Origin: Monocercomonoides exilis PA203
Lineage: Eukaryota; Protista; Preaxostyla
NCBI GenBank assembly: GCA_001643675.2
Contig: LSRY02000022.1
Coordinates: 1,302,001-1,366,000, forward strand
Length of the DNA stretch: 64,000 bases
Reading direction: 5' to 3'
Of this stretch, positions 63,348 to 64,000 are shown in pieces. The number at the start of each line of letters is the position of its first letter. The stretch's first letter is position 1. Below the pieces are notes generated by a model. The model did not search any database. It was not told where the DNA came from and worked only from the letters and a program-made list of their open reading frames with translations. A program made the position numbers and the translations under genes.

Positions 63348-63856
63348 ATCAATCTGAAATATCAAGCAAGATTACCCGCTGAACTGAAGCATCTTAATAA
63401 GCGGAGGAAAAGAAACTAACGAGGATTCCTTTAGTACCTGCGAGGGAAGAAGGAAAAGCCCAAAGTTAAAATCTTATTATGAGTTAGTTGAGAAGGAAGG
63501 CAACTTTTGACTTGGCTAACAATTGATAGAAAATAATAAGAGTTGTACTTTAAAGATGTAATTTCTCTTGGGGGTCAAACTCTGAGAGATTAATGTCAGT
63601 GACGGGAATATGATTTAGAGATCAAAATTTCTATTTTTGTTTTTGGAAAGGAATGCCGGAGAGGGTAATAGCCCCGTTTATATAGTAAAAAGTAGATCTC
63701 GATTCCTACTGAAAAGAGTGGAAGGTGGGGTTAAAGCCATCTTTGATTTTTTTTGGTTTAAATGTCACGGTTGGACATTACAATCATAGAGTCGGGTTGT
63801 TTGAGATTGCAACCCTAATTGGGTGGTAAGCTTCATCCAAGGCTAAATATTGACAA

Positions 63857-63890
<34 letters not shown>

Positions 63891-64000
63891 ATGAAAAGAA
63901 CTTTGAAAAGAGAATGAAAGTAGTGCTTGAAACTGCCAAAAGGACAAGCGATATAAAATTTAGAAAGTGCAGAGATGTTTTTTATTAATATAATTAAATT
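63348..64000 (+). rRNA. 28S (LSU) rRNA 5' part, running off the window
   Basis: acccgctgaactgaagcatcttaataagcggaggaaaagaaactaac; gagaccgatagcgaacaagtaccgtgagggaaagatgaaaagaactttg. Confidence 0.97.

Overview
Eukaryotic, AT-rich protist DNA with short GT-AG introns, the standard genetic code and a very long (about 3.0 kb) 18S rRNA. The gene families and the expanded SSU suggest an oxymonad such as Monocercomonoides (inference, not verified). The window captures the border between a chromosome arm and an rDNA cluster. 1-25 kb: expanded-family genes and relics, namely a decayed TIR-bounded pogo/Tigger-like DDE transposon, a convergent pair of intron-containing paralogs, an 823-aa single-pass surface protein and several pseudogene fragments. 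25.0-48.5 kb: a non-coding tandem array of about 22.6 copies of a 1047-bp unit in three variant blocks. 48.5-51.2 kb: the array runs into a 653-bp terminal arm, then 137 bp of 28S (the peptidyl-transferase region), then a 1244-bp non-coding element, then the same 137 bp of 28S again, then the 28S 3' end. 51.2-59.8 kb: an intergenic spacer with hairpin clusters and a repeat module bracketed by inverted repeats. 59.8-64 kb: 18S-ITS1-5.8S-ITS2-28S(5'). The best candidate for a new system is a non-autonomous, 28S-site-specific element flanked by a ~137-bp target duplication. Both of its ends carry inverted copies of its own target sequence, and its invariant GC hairpin core has been amplified into the 23.5-kb satellite that caps the rDNA cluster.
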